Source: Candidatus Saccharimonadota bacterium (lineage in GTDB: Bacteria > Patescibacteriota > Saccharimonadia > Saccharimonadales > Saccharimonadaceae). Taken from it: a stretch of 64,000 nucleotides of DNA. Each line of letters opens with the position of its first letter. Position 1 is the first letter of the stretch. Made by a program: the position numbers and the translations under genes. This document shows, one piece after another, positions 19,086 to 27,877 of this stretch. The notes beneath the pieces are model-generated. The model worked only from the letters and a program-made list of their open reading frames with translations, was not told the DNA's origin and did no database searches. The stretch is taken from the NCBI GenBank assembly GCA_003246575.1, contig QJZZ01000001.1, positions 31,978 to 95,977 on the forward strand, given 5' to 3'.

Positions 19086-20053
19086 AAATTCAGCAAATAA
19101 CAGAGGTAGATAAGTGGAACGAAGCGGCTCAATCGCTCGGTGCGCATCCTCTGCAGCTCTGGGGCTGGGGAGAGGTCAAAACGACACACGGATGGCGCGC
19201 TGAGCGCTACCTCGTCATAGACGACAACCAGCCGATAGGCGGCACACAGGTACTGTACAAAGTGTTGCCTACGCCATTCGGGGAATTCGCCTACATACCT
19301 CGTGGGCCATTTGGCTCTGAGGCAGCCAAGCATTATCTTTTCGAACACTTACCAAAACTCCTCAAGCAGCGGCACAATCTACTCGCCCTATCGGTGGAGC
19401 AGGGGAATGAATCAGCTCCAGACGCAAAAGGCTGGAAACGCACACCGAATACTATCTTGATGAACGACACACTCGTACTTGATCTGTCGAAATCCGATGA
19501 CGACCTCCTGGCCGATATGAAAAAGAAAACTCGCCAGTATATCCGCAAGTCAGCATCTGCCTGTGAAATCCGCGAGACATCATCGAAAGACGAGATCAAC
19601 ACCTGTCTTGAGGTGTACAAAGATACCGCACGCCGCGCCAACTTCGCACTGCACGACGACGAGTACTACCACACTGTGAGCGAGAAGCTCGGTGGCGCAT
19701 CCGTTATCTACGGTGCGTATGCCGGTGATACACTCTTGTCATTTTTGTGGCTCGCCGTCAGTGACAGCACGGCATTCGAGCTCTATGGAGGCGTCACGGC
19801 AGACGGCCAAGAAGCGCGCGTCAACTATGCACTGAAATGGCACGCCATCCGTGAAATGCAATCACGTGGCGTCAAAGAATACGACCTCAATGGCCTCCTC
19901 GAAGGTGGAGTTACAAATTTCAAACAAGGATTCGCGTCGCACGAAACCCACTATGCTGGCACCTACGATTATCCGCTTTCACCTCTGTATATCATCTGGA
20001 CCAAGGCGCTTCCGGCGGCAAAAGCTATTTATCGCAAGCTACGCGCTCGCTAA
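19082..20053 (+). CDS. FemAB-family (FemX-like) aminoacyltransferase, short form
   Basis: PLQLWGWGEVKTTHGWR..YIPRGPFG..ELYGG..YDLNG pattern. ATGA overlap with the preceding gene. Confidence 0.72.
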   Translation: MKIQQITEVDKWNEAAQSLGAHPLQLWGWGEVKTTHGWRAERYLVIDDNQPIGGTQVLYKVLPTPFGEFAYIPRGPFGSEAAKHYLFEHLPKLLKQRHNLLALSVEQGNESAPDAKGWKRTPNTILMNDTLVLDLSKSDDDLLADMKKKTRQYIRKSASACEIRETSSKDEINTCLEVYKDTARRANFALHDDEYYHTVSEKLGGASVIYGAYAGDTLLSFLWLAVSDSTAFELYGGVTADGQEARVNYALKWHAIREMQSRGVKEYDLNGLLEGGVTNFKQGFASHETHYAGTYDYPLSPLYIIWTKALPAAKAIYRKLRAR

Positions 20054-21138
20054 GCCCAGGCTGTTTTCGACATACTGATGCTCGGGATAACCTCGAGAGA
20101 GTAGGGGTCATCCGCAGCGTGACCTTGAGCGTAGTAGTACCCAAGCGTCGCAATCATGGCGGCGTTGTCAGTACAGAGACTCATCGGCGCATACTGAATA
20201 TCGATAGGGAGACGACGAGATAATTCAGCGCGAAGGGGAGGGCTCGCTGCCACACCACCAGCAATCACAACTGACGCTGGTGCATAATCGATAAATGCCT
20301 TTTCAGCTTTGTCGACAAGCGTCTCGATTGCTACACGCGTGAAACTTGCAGCAAAATCATGCTTCTGTTTATCGCTGAGAAGCCCTGAGAGCTCGTGTGA
20401 AGGAAATCTGAAGTCTTTGCCCACTTCACGCTGTACGGCGCGTAGAACGGCTGTTTTGAGGCCCGAGAAGCTATAGTCGTACGGGTTCTGCATGCGAGAC
20501 TTCGGAAAATCATAGGCATAGGCATCACCATCCTTCGCTGCACGCTCGACAGCAGGGCCGCCAGGGTAGGGGTAGCCGAGAATCTTGGCCACCTTATCGA
20601 ACGCTTCGCCGACGGCATCGTCTTGTGTCTGCCCGAGGAGTTCGTAATCACCGTGGCCACGAAAGAGCACCAGTTGGGTGTGTCCCCCGCTGACGATGAG
20701 GGCCAGCATCGGAAACTGCGGCTGACGAGATGGCAGAGTAAGTGGTGTCGCCGTAGCGCCGTCTTGCTGCTCGGTCACGAAGTTTGCGTACACATGCGCC
20801 TCGACATGATGAATGCCATAGAGCGGCTTTTTGTGCACGACCGCAAGAGTGCGAGCGGCGAGTGTGCCAACAAGAAGGGAACCGATGAGTCCCGGTGCAT
20901 TTGTCACTGCGATTGCGTCGATATCAGCCCAGGCACACTTGGCATCTTCGAGAGCCTTATCAACCACCGGTGTGATCGCCTCGATGTGACTTCGTGCGGC
21001 AATTTCAGGAATTACGCCGCCATACTCGGCGTGAATATCTATCTGACTCTGAACGACGTTACTATAGAGCCGCGTCCCATCCTCAACAACAGAGGCACTT
21101 GTCTCGTCACAACTCGATTCGATTCCCAAAATTTTCAT
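20050..21138 (-). CDS. tsaD: tRNA N6-adenosine threonylcarbamoyltransferase
   Basis: MKILGIESSCDETSASVV..GGVIPEIAARSHIE is the Kae1/TsaD signature. Confidence 0.93.
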   Translation of the reverse strand: MKILGIESSCDETSASVVEDGTRLYSNVVQSQIDIHAEYGGVIPEIAARSHIEAITPVVDKALEDAKCAWADIDAIAVTNAPGLIGSLLVGTLAARTLAVVHKKPLYGIHHVEAHVYANFVTEQQDGATATPLTLPSRQPQFPMLALIVSGGHTQLVLFRGHGDYELLGQTQDDAVGEAFDKVAKILGYPYPGGPAVERAAKDGDAYAYDFPKSRMQNPYDYSFSGLKTAVLRAVQREVGKDFRFPSHELSGLLSDKQKHDFAASFTRVAIETLVDKAEKAFIDYAPASVVIAGGVAASPPLRAELSRRLPIDIQYAPMSLCTDNAAMIATLGYYYAQGHAADDPYSLEVIPSISMSKTAWA

Positions 21139-21182
21139 ACGTGTCTAGTATACCATCTGCAAATCGGTGTAAAATAGAGGTA

Positions 21183-22253
21183 ATGAAACAGAGTTTTTTG
21201 GGGAAAGCACGAGCAAAGAAAGCCGCACTGCGGTACAACCATCCTTCACGCAGCGTGAAGCTACTACTGGTCGTCGGCGAATACGGGGCCCGCACCACCG
21301 CACTCTACCTCTCGGGTATCGTGCGTGAGTCTGATCAATCTGTCGCCGTCTTTACGGATAGCGTGAGCTCGGTCAACGGCGAGTCATACCTTGAACGCTA
21401 TGACGCGAGTGCTGATGCCATCCAGCGTGCCATCTCTCGCAGCCGCAAAACCGCAGATACAGTCATCATGGCGGTCACGCCAGCGTTCATTCGCAGTGCC
21501 GTACTTGAGACACTCCAGATTGAAATGGTCGTCGTAACATCACAGTGCGAACTGGCCGATGAAGTACTCGCGTACCCAACCAACTACCTCGTCGTTCCCG
21601 AAGGCATGCCAACCGAAACCTATGCGATCGCACCTCATCAAAAGATTAGCTTCGGCGACACCGAACTGGCTGAGGCCTACCTTCGCAACACCGTCCTCTA
21701 CCGAAAGGGAACAGAAGCGGAAGTCACGATTGACCACCAGACGAACCTTACACTCAGCACCTACCTCCTGGGACGCGCAAACGCCTACAATATCACCGCT
21801 GCTGCTGCCGCTGGCTATCTGCTTGGGCTCGACGTCAGTCGTTTCGAAGAGGGAATCGCTCGACTCGAATATGTCCCGGGCAATCTCGAATCTATCGTTC
21901 TCGACACACCATACACGCTCTACGTTGACGGCGCCCCATCAGCATTGTCTGCAGATCTCGTGAGTGGATCACTCAAGCAACTCGCCAAACGACGCCTTTT
22001 GATTGCCTGCGACCAGAGTTTTTCAGATGATACGCTCGATCTGCTTTCGAGCCGCGCCGATCGTGTCACCGTTGCGGGTGGCCAAGAAGTTAACGGTCGC
22101 TATCATGCCGATGATGTCCATAACGCTATCGAGCAGACACTCCGCTCGGCCAAGAAGGACGATGTCGTTCTACTGCTTGGCCCAGCCTTTGTGACGCACA
22201 CCGATTCAGGTCTATACGGAGAAGTTGCCGCCCGCGAGGTGCTCTCAGCATGA
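21183..22253 (+). CDS. degenerate Mur-ligase-like paralogue (catalytic motifs lost)
   Basis: Collinear with the downstream MurE. It has VVGEYGARTT where MurE has VTGTNGKTTT, and VDGAPSALS where MurE has IDFAHTPDS. ATGA overlap with murE. Confidence 0.7.
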   Translation: MKQSFLGKARAKKAALRYNHPSRSVKLLLVVGEYGARTTALYLSGIVRESDQSVAVFTDSVSSVNGESYLERYDASADAIQRAISRSRKTADTVIMAVTPAFIRSAVLETLQIEMVVVTSQCELADEVLAYPTNYLVVPEGMPTETYAIAPHQKISFGDTELAEAYLRNTVLYRKGTEAEVTIDHQTNLTLSTYLLGRANAYNITAAAAAGYLLGLDVSRFEEGIARLEYVPGNLESIVLDTPYTLYVDGAPSALSADLVSGSLKQLAKRRLLIACDQSFSDDTLDLLSSRADRVTVAGGQEVNGRYHADDVHNAIEQTLRSAKKDDVVLLLGPAFVTHTDSGLYGEVAAREVLSA

Positions 22254-23536
22254 AGCGTGCACTCAAAAAGCTAATCCCAACCAGCCTATTTGAGGCAATT
22301 GAACCAACCGGACACCTCATCGAAGCCGTCATTGCGAGTGCGAGAAATGGCTTCCCAGCACGAGGTATGCATGTCATAGGTGTCACCGGCACCAACGGTA
22401 AGACCACGACCAGTTTCATGATCCACAAGATGCTGACCGAGGCAGGCTATAATGTTGCTCTCATGACAACAGTCGCTTACGGTATCCGTGATGAGATCAC
22501 TCCCCAAATCGCCCACATGACTACCGTATCGGCACCACTCCTCAACCGTCGCTTGCGTGAGTTCAAAGACGCCGGCGCTGAATGGGTCGTCCTCGAAACC
22601 ACGAGTCACGCACTCGCACAACACCGTGTCTGGGGCGTACCATACGAAATTGCCGTTATGACCAACGTCACACATGAACACCTCGACTACCACAAGACAT
22701 TCGAGCGCTACCTCGATGCTAAGGCCGAGCTCTTCAGATTGAGCAACAAATTCGGCGGCTTCGGCGTCGTCAATGCAGAAGATCCAAATGCGGACGTCTT
22801 CACTGGCGCCATCAAGCACAGTGCTACCTACGGCATCGGCAAAGGTGACGTCCAGGCGCATAACGTCACCATGGCTGGCAACGGCAGCACCTACACTGCC
22901 GTTGTAGGTGAAGTCAGTTACGATATTCGCTGCAACATCCCAGGCGAATTCAATATCTCTAACAGTCTCGCAGCAGTTACCGTCGGCAAACATCTCGGCC
23001 TCACAAAAGAACAAATCGAGAAGGGAATCGCTAGCCTCGAGGGCGTTGAAGGCCGCATGGATACCATCGACGAGGGTCAGGATTTCAGCGTCATCATTGA
23101 CTTTGCCCACACACCAGATAGCTTCGAACGTCTGCTTGGCGACCTTCGTAAGTCAACCAAAGGCAAACTCATCGCACTCTTCGGCTCCGCTGGCCGACGC
23201 GACGAGTCAAAGCGCTGGACACAAGGCGAGATTGCCGGTAAATACTGCGACGAGGTCGTGCTGACCGAAGAGGACGACCGCGACATCGACGGGCACCTTA
23301 TCCTCAGTCAAATCGCTGAAGGCGCCGGGCGAAGCGGCAAGACCCGCGACAAAGACCTGTTCTTGATCCTCGATCGCCCAGAAGCTATCAAATTCGCCAT
23401 GACCCGCGCCACAAGCCCTGACGATGTGGTTATCCTTCTCGGTAAAGGCCACGAAAAAACCATTGAGCGCGCCGACGGCGAGCACCCATGGAACGAAGCC
23501 GAAGAGGCGCGAACTGCCCTCAAAACCCCCAAGTAG
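22250..23536 (+). CDS. murE: UDP-N-acetylmuramoyl-L-alanyl-D-glutamate--(DAP/Lys) ligase, short N-terminus
   Basis: VIGVTGTNGKTTTSFM P-loop, DFAHTPDSFERLL and FGSAGRRDESKR motifs. Confidence 0.85.
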   Translation: MKRALKKLIPTSLFEAIEPTGHLIEAVIASARNGFPARGMHVIGVTGTNGKTTTSFMIHKMLTEAGYNVALMTTVAYGIRDEITPQIAHMTTVSAPLLNRRLREFKDAGAEWVVLETTSHALAQHRVWGVPYEIAVMTNVTHEHLDYHKTFERYLDAKAELFRLSNKFGGFGVVNAEDPNADVFTGAIKHSATYGIGKGDVQAHNVTMAGNGSTYTAVVGEVSYDIRCNIPGEFNISNSLAAVTVGKHLGLTKEQIEKGIASLEGVEGRMDTIDEGQDFSVIIDFAHTPDSFERLLGDLRKSTKGKLIALFGSAGRRDESKRWTQGEIAGKYCDEVVLTEEDDRDIDGHLILSQIAEGAGRSGKTRDKDLFLILDRPEAIKFAMTRATSPDDVVILLGKGHEKTIERADGEHPWNEAEEARTALKTPK

Positions 23537-23624
23537 TTTTGACTAAAACCTATTTTTCTATTATAATTATACTGAAGCCGTTGTCCGACGGTTATGTACC
23601 TACTCATGACCTAGGGAGGTCACG

Positions 23625-23942
23625 ATGTTCGATGTCAGCCTCGAGCAACTACTCGCGTACGTGTTGATCGCCATCGTGATCTTCGCTCTACGCGAGAGCC
23701 GCATCCACAACGCCAGGCGGTGGTCGCTGTGGCAACTCAATGGAGTTCACGGCGCACCCGCCGAATGGCGACGGCGCGTCAATGCCTTCTGGTCTCTATT
23801 CTGGCCAGCGCTCGTCGTGTACGAGCTCCTCGCCATCGCCTGGATCGCGTTCCTCGCGATCTTGGCAGCCATCGGCGGCCAGCTACTGCTTGCGTTTCTC
23901 GCCAGCTACAACTGGCTGCGCGAGCGCAGAAAAGGCACGTAA
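23625..23942 (+). CDS. small membrane protein (105 aa)
   Basis: GGGAGG RBS and three hydrophobic helices. Confidence 0.55.
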   Translation: MFDVSLEQLLAYVLIAIVIFALRESRIHNARRWSLWQLNGVHGAPAEWRRRVNAFWSLFWPALVVYELLAIAWIAFLAILAAIGGQLLLAFLASYNWLRERRKGT

Positions 23943-23952
23943 AAACGGGTAC

Positions 23953-23997
23953 GCCCCGGCGAGTCACACCCATCCGGGTAGCGAGACTCGCCGGGGC
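23953..23997. terminator. 13-bp stem hairpin between convergent genes
   Basis: gccccggcgagtc ... gactcgccggggc. Confidence 0.65.
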
Positions 23998-24007
23998 ATT
24001 GTCATTT

Positions 24008-24895
24008 CTAGATAAGCGTCAGCGTCGTACAGCGTACCGAGCCACCACCTTTGGCAAGCTCCGGATTATTGAGGCGCGTTGTCGTCAGACCGTACGATTC
24101 GATCGCCGCAGCATACTCGGGAGCATCGTTCATGACAACATGTTCACCAGTACTGACGAGATTGCACGCAAGCCGATGCACCGCCTCATGTTCACTCACC
24201 TCGATCAAATCAAGGCCTTTGAGCGCGCGGATCTTCTCAACACTCTCGTCGGTCAATGCATCCGGGCAAAAGCCCACCAGACCATTTTCGACAATTTTAT
24301 CACCATCGTAGACGGGCGCTTTGAGAATCGAGACAGCAAGATCGAGATCGTAGTAGAAACTGTCTGGCCACCCAGAGTAGGTATTGACGACAGGCTGGCC
24401 CGCCTCATCGAGCTGCGGCTTAGCACGAAGCTGCACGCGCTCGAGCCCGAACGTTTCCGCTACAAACTCCTGCGCCGCTTCATCGCTACGGTAGCCACTT
24501 CCACAAAACAGATAGTTTCCGCACGGCAAGCAGTCGCCTTGTCCGCTATATTTCTCGATAGTCGAAGGCAATTCGACCACCGTCTTGCCGAGATCTTCGA
24601 GCGCCTGTCGCGCATACGCTTCTTCGCCCTTGCGCGCATTCGGCAAGCGAGCCAATACCGCCGTATCGCCAAGTACAAGCGCCCAGTTTGCCGTAAATAC
24701 GCCGTCCTGACAGTCGGCAGGCGGAGAAATGCGCGTCACAGCGACACCGGCACCCTCCAGTGCCTGCTGTATTGCACGGTGCTCACGCGCCGCTTCCTCG
24801 AGATCGATTGCGGATGACTGATCCATGAACGGGTTGATTGGCTGGTCGTCAGTAAAGTAGTCAACTCCTGACATAAGGACGGTTGTGTTGATCAT
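24008..24895 (-). CDS. guanidino-group-modifying enzyme superfamily protein (amidinotransferase/DDAH/arginine-deiminase-like)
   Basis: The C-terminal GGGSVRCTTL has the catalytic Cys context of this superfamily. 295 aa. Confidence 0.7.
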   Translation of the reverse strand: MINTTVLMSGVDYFTDDQPINPFMDQSSAIDLEEAAREHRAIQQALEGAGVAVTRISPPADCQDGVFTANWALVLGDTAVLARLPNARKGEEAYARQALEDLGKTVVELPSTIEKYSGQGDCLPCGNYLFCGSGYRSDEAAQEFVAETFGLERVQLRAKPQLDEAGQPVVNTYSGWPDSFYYDLDLAVSILKAPVYDGDKIVENGLVGFCPDALTDESVEKIRALKGLDLIEVSEHEAVHRLACNLVSTGEHVVMNDAPEYAAAIESYGLTTTRLNNPELAKGGGSVRCTTLTLI

Positions 24896-24938
24896 TCTAG
24901 GGGCTATTATGGCACAAGAGTTTCGGCGAACTGAAATA

Positions 24939-24965
24939 TTAGCACTCGCGCTTGACGAGTGCTAA
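24939..24965. promoter_or_regulatory. CIRCE element (HrcA operator)
   Basis: TTAGCACTC-N9-GAGTGCTAA, a perfect match to the consensus, 50 nt upstream of groES. Confidence 0.92.
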
Positions 24966-25014
24966 TTTTGTTTGCTAGACTAGAGGTACAACTGACCACA
25001 TAGGAGGAAATAAC

Positions 25015-25281
25015 GTGAGCTCACCTATCAAACCACTTGGCGACCGCGTCGTAGCCATCCGCGAAAAGGCAGTAGAAAAAACCGCCAGCGGACTCTACCT
25101 ACCGGAACAAGCCAAAGAAAAACCAGTCACCGCAACCGTCACCGCCATCGGCTCCGATGTCAAAGACGTCAAAGTAGGCGACAAGATTCTGTACAAAGAA
25201 TACTCAACCACCGAAGTAAAGCTCGGTGACGACGAACACCTCATCGTCAAAGAAGAAGATGTCCTGGGGGTCGTCGCATAA
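25015..25281 (+). CDS. groES: co-chaperonin GroES (GTG start)
   Basis: IKPLGDRVVAIREKAVEKTASGLYLPEQAKEKP.., with an AGGAGG RBS. Confidence 0.93.
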   Translation: MSSPIKPLGDRVVAIREKAVEKTASGLYLPEQAKEKPVTATVTAIGSDVKDVKVGDKILYKEYSTTEVKLGDDEHLIVKEEDVLGVVA

Positions 25282-25445
25282 TGTTGACCATCGCCGAGCA
25301 AACCGCACTTTTATTCATCAACGCAGCGAGTATCGTGATTCTGCTCTGGATTCTCGTACTCGTTCACCGCCAAAATGCGAAGTTTCATCAGCTCAAAAAA
25401 GATATGGAATTACTGACAAAAGCACGAGAAGAGGAGAAGAAATAG
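25281..25445 (+). CDS. 54-aa single-TM small ORF filling the groES-groEL spacer
   Basis: Below the track cutoff. It reads MLTIAEQTALLFINAASIVILLWILVLVHRQNAKFHQLKKDMELLTKAREEEKK. The start overlaps the groES stop (TAATG), and its stop lies 1 nt before the groEL ATG. Confidence 0.45.
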   Translation: MLTIAEQTALLFINAASIVILLWILVLVHRQNAKFHQLKKDMELLTKAREEEKK

Positions 25446-25446
25446 T

Positions 25447-27090
25447 ATGGCAAAGAAAGTATTTTACGATGATGATGCCCGCGCTCGCGTTCTCGGGGGC
25501 GCCAAGGCACTCTACGACGCAGTCAAGGTGACCTACGGACCAAAAGGTCGCAATGTCGTGATCGCAAAAGCCTACGGCGGACCAACTGTTACTCATGACG
25601 GTGTTACTGTCGCCGAAGGAGTTGAGCTTCCAGAAAACGACGACGAGACGCTCGGCTACAAAGTTGGCGCCGAACTCATCAAATCTGCTGCGAGCAAGCT
25701 CAACAAGGTGGCCGGCGATGGCACAACCACTGTTACCGTCCTGACCTACAATATTCTCAAAGAAGCAAACCGCCTGATTGCCGCCGGTCACAACCCTATG
25801 GAGCTCAAGCGAGGCATCGAAGCTGCTGGTGCTGAAATCGTCAAAAACATCGACGCCCTGAGCGAATCAATCGAAGGCAAGACTGAGCGCGTCGCCGAAG
25901 TCGCCACTATCTCTGCTGGGGACCAGGCAATCGGCAAACTAATTGCCGATGTCATGGAAAAAGTCGGCAAGGACGGTGTCATCACTGTTGAAGCTGGCCA
26001 AAGCCTCGAGATGGAAGCCGAGGTCGTCGAAGGATTTAGCCTCGACAAGGGTTGGGCAAGTCCATTCTTCGTCACCGACACTGGCCGCCAAGAAGCCGTC
26101 TACGACAAACCATCTATCGTTATCACTGACAAAAAGATCTCGAGCGCCCAAGAATTCCTTCCACTCATCGAAAAACTTGCCCAAGCCGGCCGTAAAGACA
26201 TCGTGCTCGTTGCCGACGAAGTCGACGGGGAAGCGCTCAGCATCCTCGTTCTCAACAAGCTCAAGGGTGTCCTCAACTCTGTCGTCGTCAAAGCCCCAAG
26301 CTTCGGCGACCGCCGTAAAGAGGTCATGGCCGACATGGCAACCCTCGTCGGAGCGCAGGTCATCTCTGAAGACCAAGGCCTGACATTTGAAAACGTCGGG
26401 CTCGAAGTCGTCGGTACTGCCCGCAAAGTCATCGTTGGCAAAGACGAGACTACTATCGTCGAAGGCGCTGGATCTGACGCGGACGTCAAAGCCCGTATCA
26501 CGCAGATTCTTTCCCAGGCCGAAAACGACTCAAGCGAATACGACAAAGAGCAATTCGAAAAGCGCGCCGCAGCACTATCTGGCAAAGTTGCCGTCATCAA
26601 GGTCGGTGGAGCAACCGAGACCGAAATCGACGAGAAGAAATTCCGCGTCGATGACGCAGTCGCTGCAACCAAAGCGGCCCTCGCCGAAGGTATCGTCGCC
26701 GGTGGCGGCGTTACGCTCGTCAATCTCGCTTCCCAGATGATAATCGACGGCAACGACAGTGAGGCAGCTGGCCGCCAAGTCGTCCGTGATGCACTCAAGC
26801 AGCCGTTTCTACAGATCACCGCCAACGCCGGCCTCAACTCTGAGGCGCTCCTCGCACAAGTCGAAGCAGCCAAGCCTGGCCACGGCGTCAACGTCATGAC
26901 CCCCGAAAAGGGCCTCATCGATGTCAAAAAAGCCGGCGTCATCGACCCAACTCGCGTCACCAAAGAGGCGGTTCAAAACGCCGTCAGTATTGCCAGCACC
27001 GCAGCAACCATGGGCGCGCTCGTTGTTGATATCCCAGAAAAGGAATCAGCAATGCCGCCAATGGGCGGTGGTATGCCCGGCATGATGTAG
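25447..27090 (+). CDS. groEL: chaperonin GroEL
   Basis: AKKVFYDDDARARVLGGAKALYDAVKVTYGPKGRNVV.. and the C-terminal GGMPGMM. Confidence 0.97.
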   Translation: MAKKVFYDDDARARVLGGAKALYDAVKVTYGPKGRNVVIAKAYGGPTVTHDGVTVAEGVELPENDDETLGYKVGAELIKSAASKLNKVAGDGTTTVTVLTYNILKEANRLIAAGHNPMELKRGIEAAGAEIVKNIDALSESIEGKTERVAEVATISAGDQAIGKLIADVMEKVGKDGVITVEAGQSLEMEAEVVEGFSLDKGWASPFFVTDTGRQEAVYDKPSIVITDKKISSAQEFLPLIEKLAQAGRKDIVLVADEVDGEALSILVLNKLKGVLNSVVVKAPSFGDRRKEVMADMATLVGAQVISEDQGLTFENVGLEVVGTARKVIVGKDETTIVEGAGSDADVKARITQILSQAENDSSEYDKEQFEKRAAALSGKVAVIKVGGATETEIDEKKFRVDDAVAATKAALAEGIVAGGGVTLVNLASQMIIDGNDSEAAGRQVVRDALKQPFLQITANAGLNSEALLAQVEAAKPGHGVNVMTPEKGLIDVKKAGVIDPTRVTKEAVQNAVSIASTAATMGALVVDIPEKESAMPPMGGGMPGMM

Positions 27091-27133
27091 TCCTCGCTAC
27101 GCCGCACTCAAGGAGCCGCCACGACGCGACTCC

Positions 27134-27162
27134 TTGTTTATTTTAGTAAAATATGCTATAAT
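27134..27162 (+). promoter_or_regulatory. sigma70-type promoter (TTGTTT-17-TGcTATAAT)
   Basis: Extended -10 gtaaaatatgctataatatat, shared with the 27800-27827 copy. Confidence 0.55.
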
Positions 27163-27240
27163 ATATTCACGTACCTGGTAAATCGCTGGGACGAGTACCG
27201 GTTCTGTTCGTTGACGCGACAGAACAAGGAAGAAGGCAAC

Positions 27241-27693
27241 ATGTCCGCATCGGACATCAAATTCATGAAGACAGTCGCCGAAGTCATGGCGCTGCTGTCA
27301 AAGGAGGGCGTTACACTCAGCCATCTGCAGGCTGTCATCGACAACCCTGAGCGAAGGGCTGAGGTGGCCGTAGCTTTGGGCGCGACACCACCAAACTCCT
27401 TCCTCGAGATTGACCTAGAGATCTTGACAGATGAGCAACTGGTCCTCATCGTGAACGATATGGCTCGGGTCACACCCTGGCTTGGCAATGTCACACACGA
27501 GGAGGTCCGCATGGCCTTGCCCCGTCTCGGCAACATGCAACAGCAGCTCGTATGGAGGGTAGTTGGCATGCAAAAGACCCACGTAGCGGTTGCCGAAGAG
27601 ATGAACATTGCCACGAACCGCGCCGGGCGAAATGTCGGGTACGCTCTCGCCGCTATGGCACACGAGATTCAGCGGCATCGTTCCCGCGCGTAG
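27241..27693 (+). CDS. hypothetical protein with C-terminal sigma70-region-4/LuxR-like HTH
   Basis: The ATG at 27241 follows an AGGAAGAAGG RBS (the track uses TTG at 27211). QQQLVWRVVGMQKTHVAVAEEMNIATNRAGRNVGYAL resembles an HTH. Confidence 0.6.
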   Translation: MSASDIKFMKTVAEVMALLSKEGVTLSHLQAVIDNPERRAEVAVALGATPPNSFLEIDLEILTDEQLVLIVNDMARVTPWLGNVTHEEVRMALPRLGNMQQQLVWRVVGMQKTHVAVAEEMNIATNRAGRNVGYALAAMAHEIQRHRSRA

Positions 27694-27724
27694 CCAGCGC
27701 CCAATCCCAGCGACCATCCGGTCG

Positions 27725-27785
27725 AAGTCGTCGGAAATTCCGGCGCCCCCTCGGGTTTCGACTCGGGGGGTTACTTCTTTTTGCA
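27725..27785 (+). repeat. 61-nt double-hairpin terminator module, copy 1
   Basis: ~54/61 identical to 28692-28752. Two hairpins (cgtcgg..ccggcg; ccccctcgg..ctcgggggg) are followed by a T-rich run. Confidence 0.75.
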
Positions 27786-27799
27786 TATATCCTTCGTAA

Positions 27800-27827
27800 T
27801 TGACTTTGCGCTGTAAAATGCTATAAT
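27800..27827 (+). promoter_or_regulatory. sigma70-type promoter (TTGACT-16-TGcTATAAT)
   Basis: gtaaaatgctataatatat is a near copy of the 27146-27166 segment. Confidence 0.55.
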
Positions 27828-27877
27828 ATATCGACCCTAACATCCGTTAGGCGTACATGCTCAGACAGGAGTGACGG

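Noticed and set aside
22286-23110. 274-aa minus-strand ORF inside murE
   Set aside because: It lies antisense to a gene with clear Mur ligase motifs, and I recognise no family features in it.
23720-24817. 365-aa plus-strand ORF
   Set aside because: It lies antisense to the guanidino-modifying-enzyme gene, which ends in the diagnostic GGGSVRCTTL. The ORF is Arg-rich with no RBS.
26100-26963. 287-aa minus-strand ORF inside groEL, and similar ORFs at 25939-26376
   Set aside because: These lie antisense to groEL. The Ser/Thr/Ala/Pro-rich composition is typical of the reverse frame of a GC-balanced gene.
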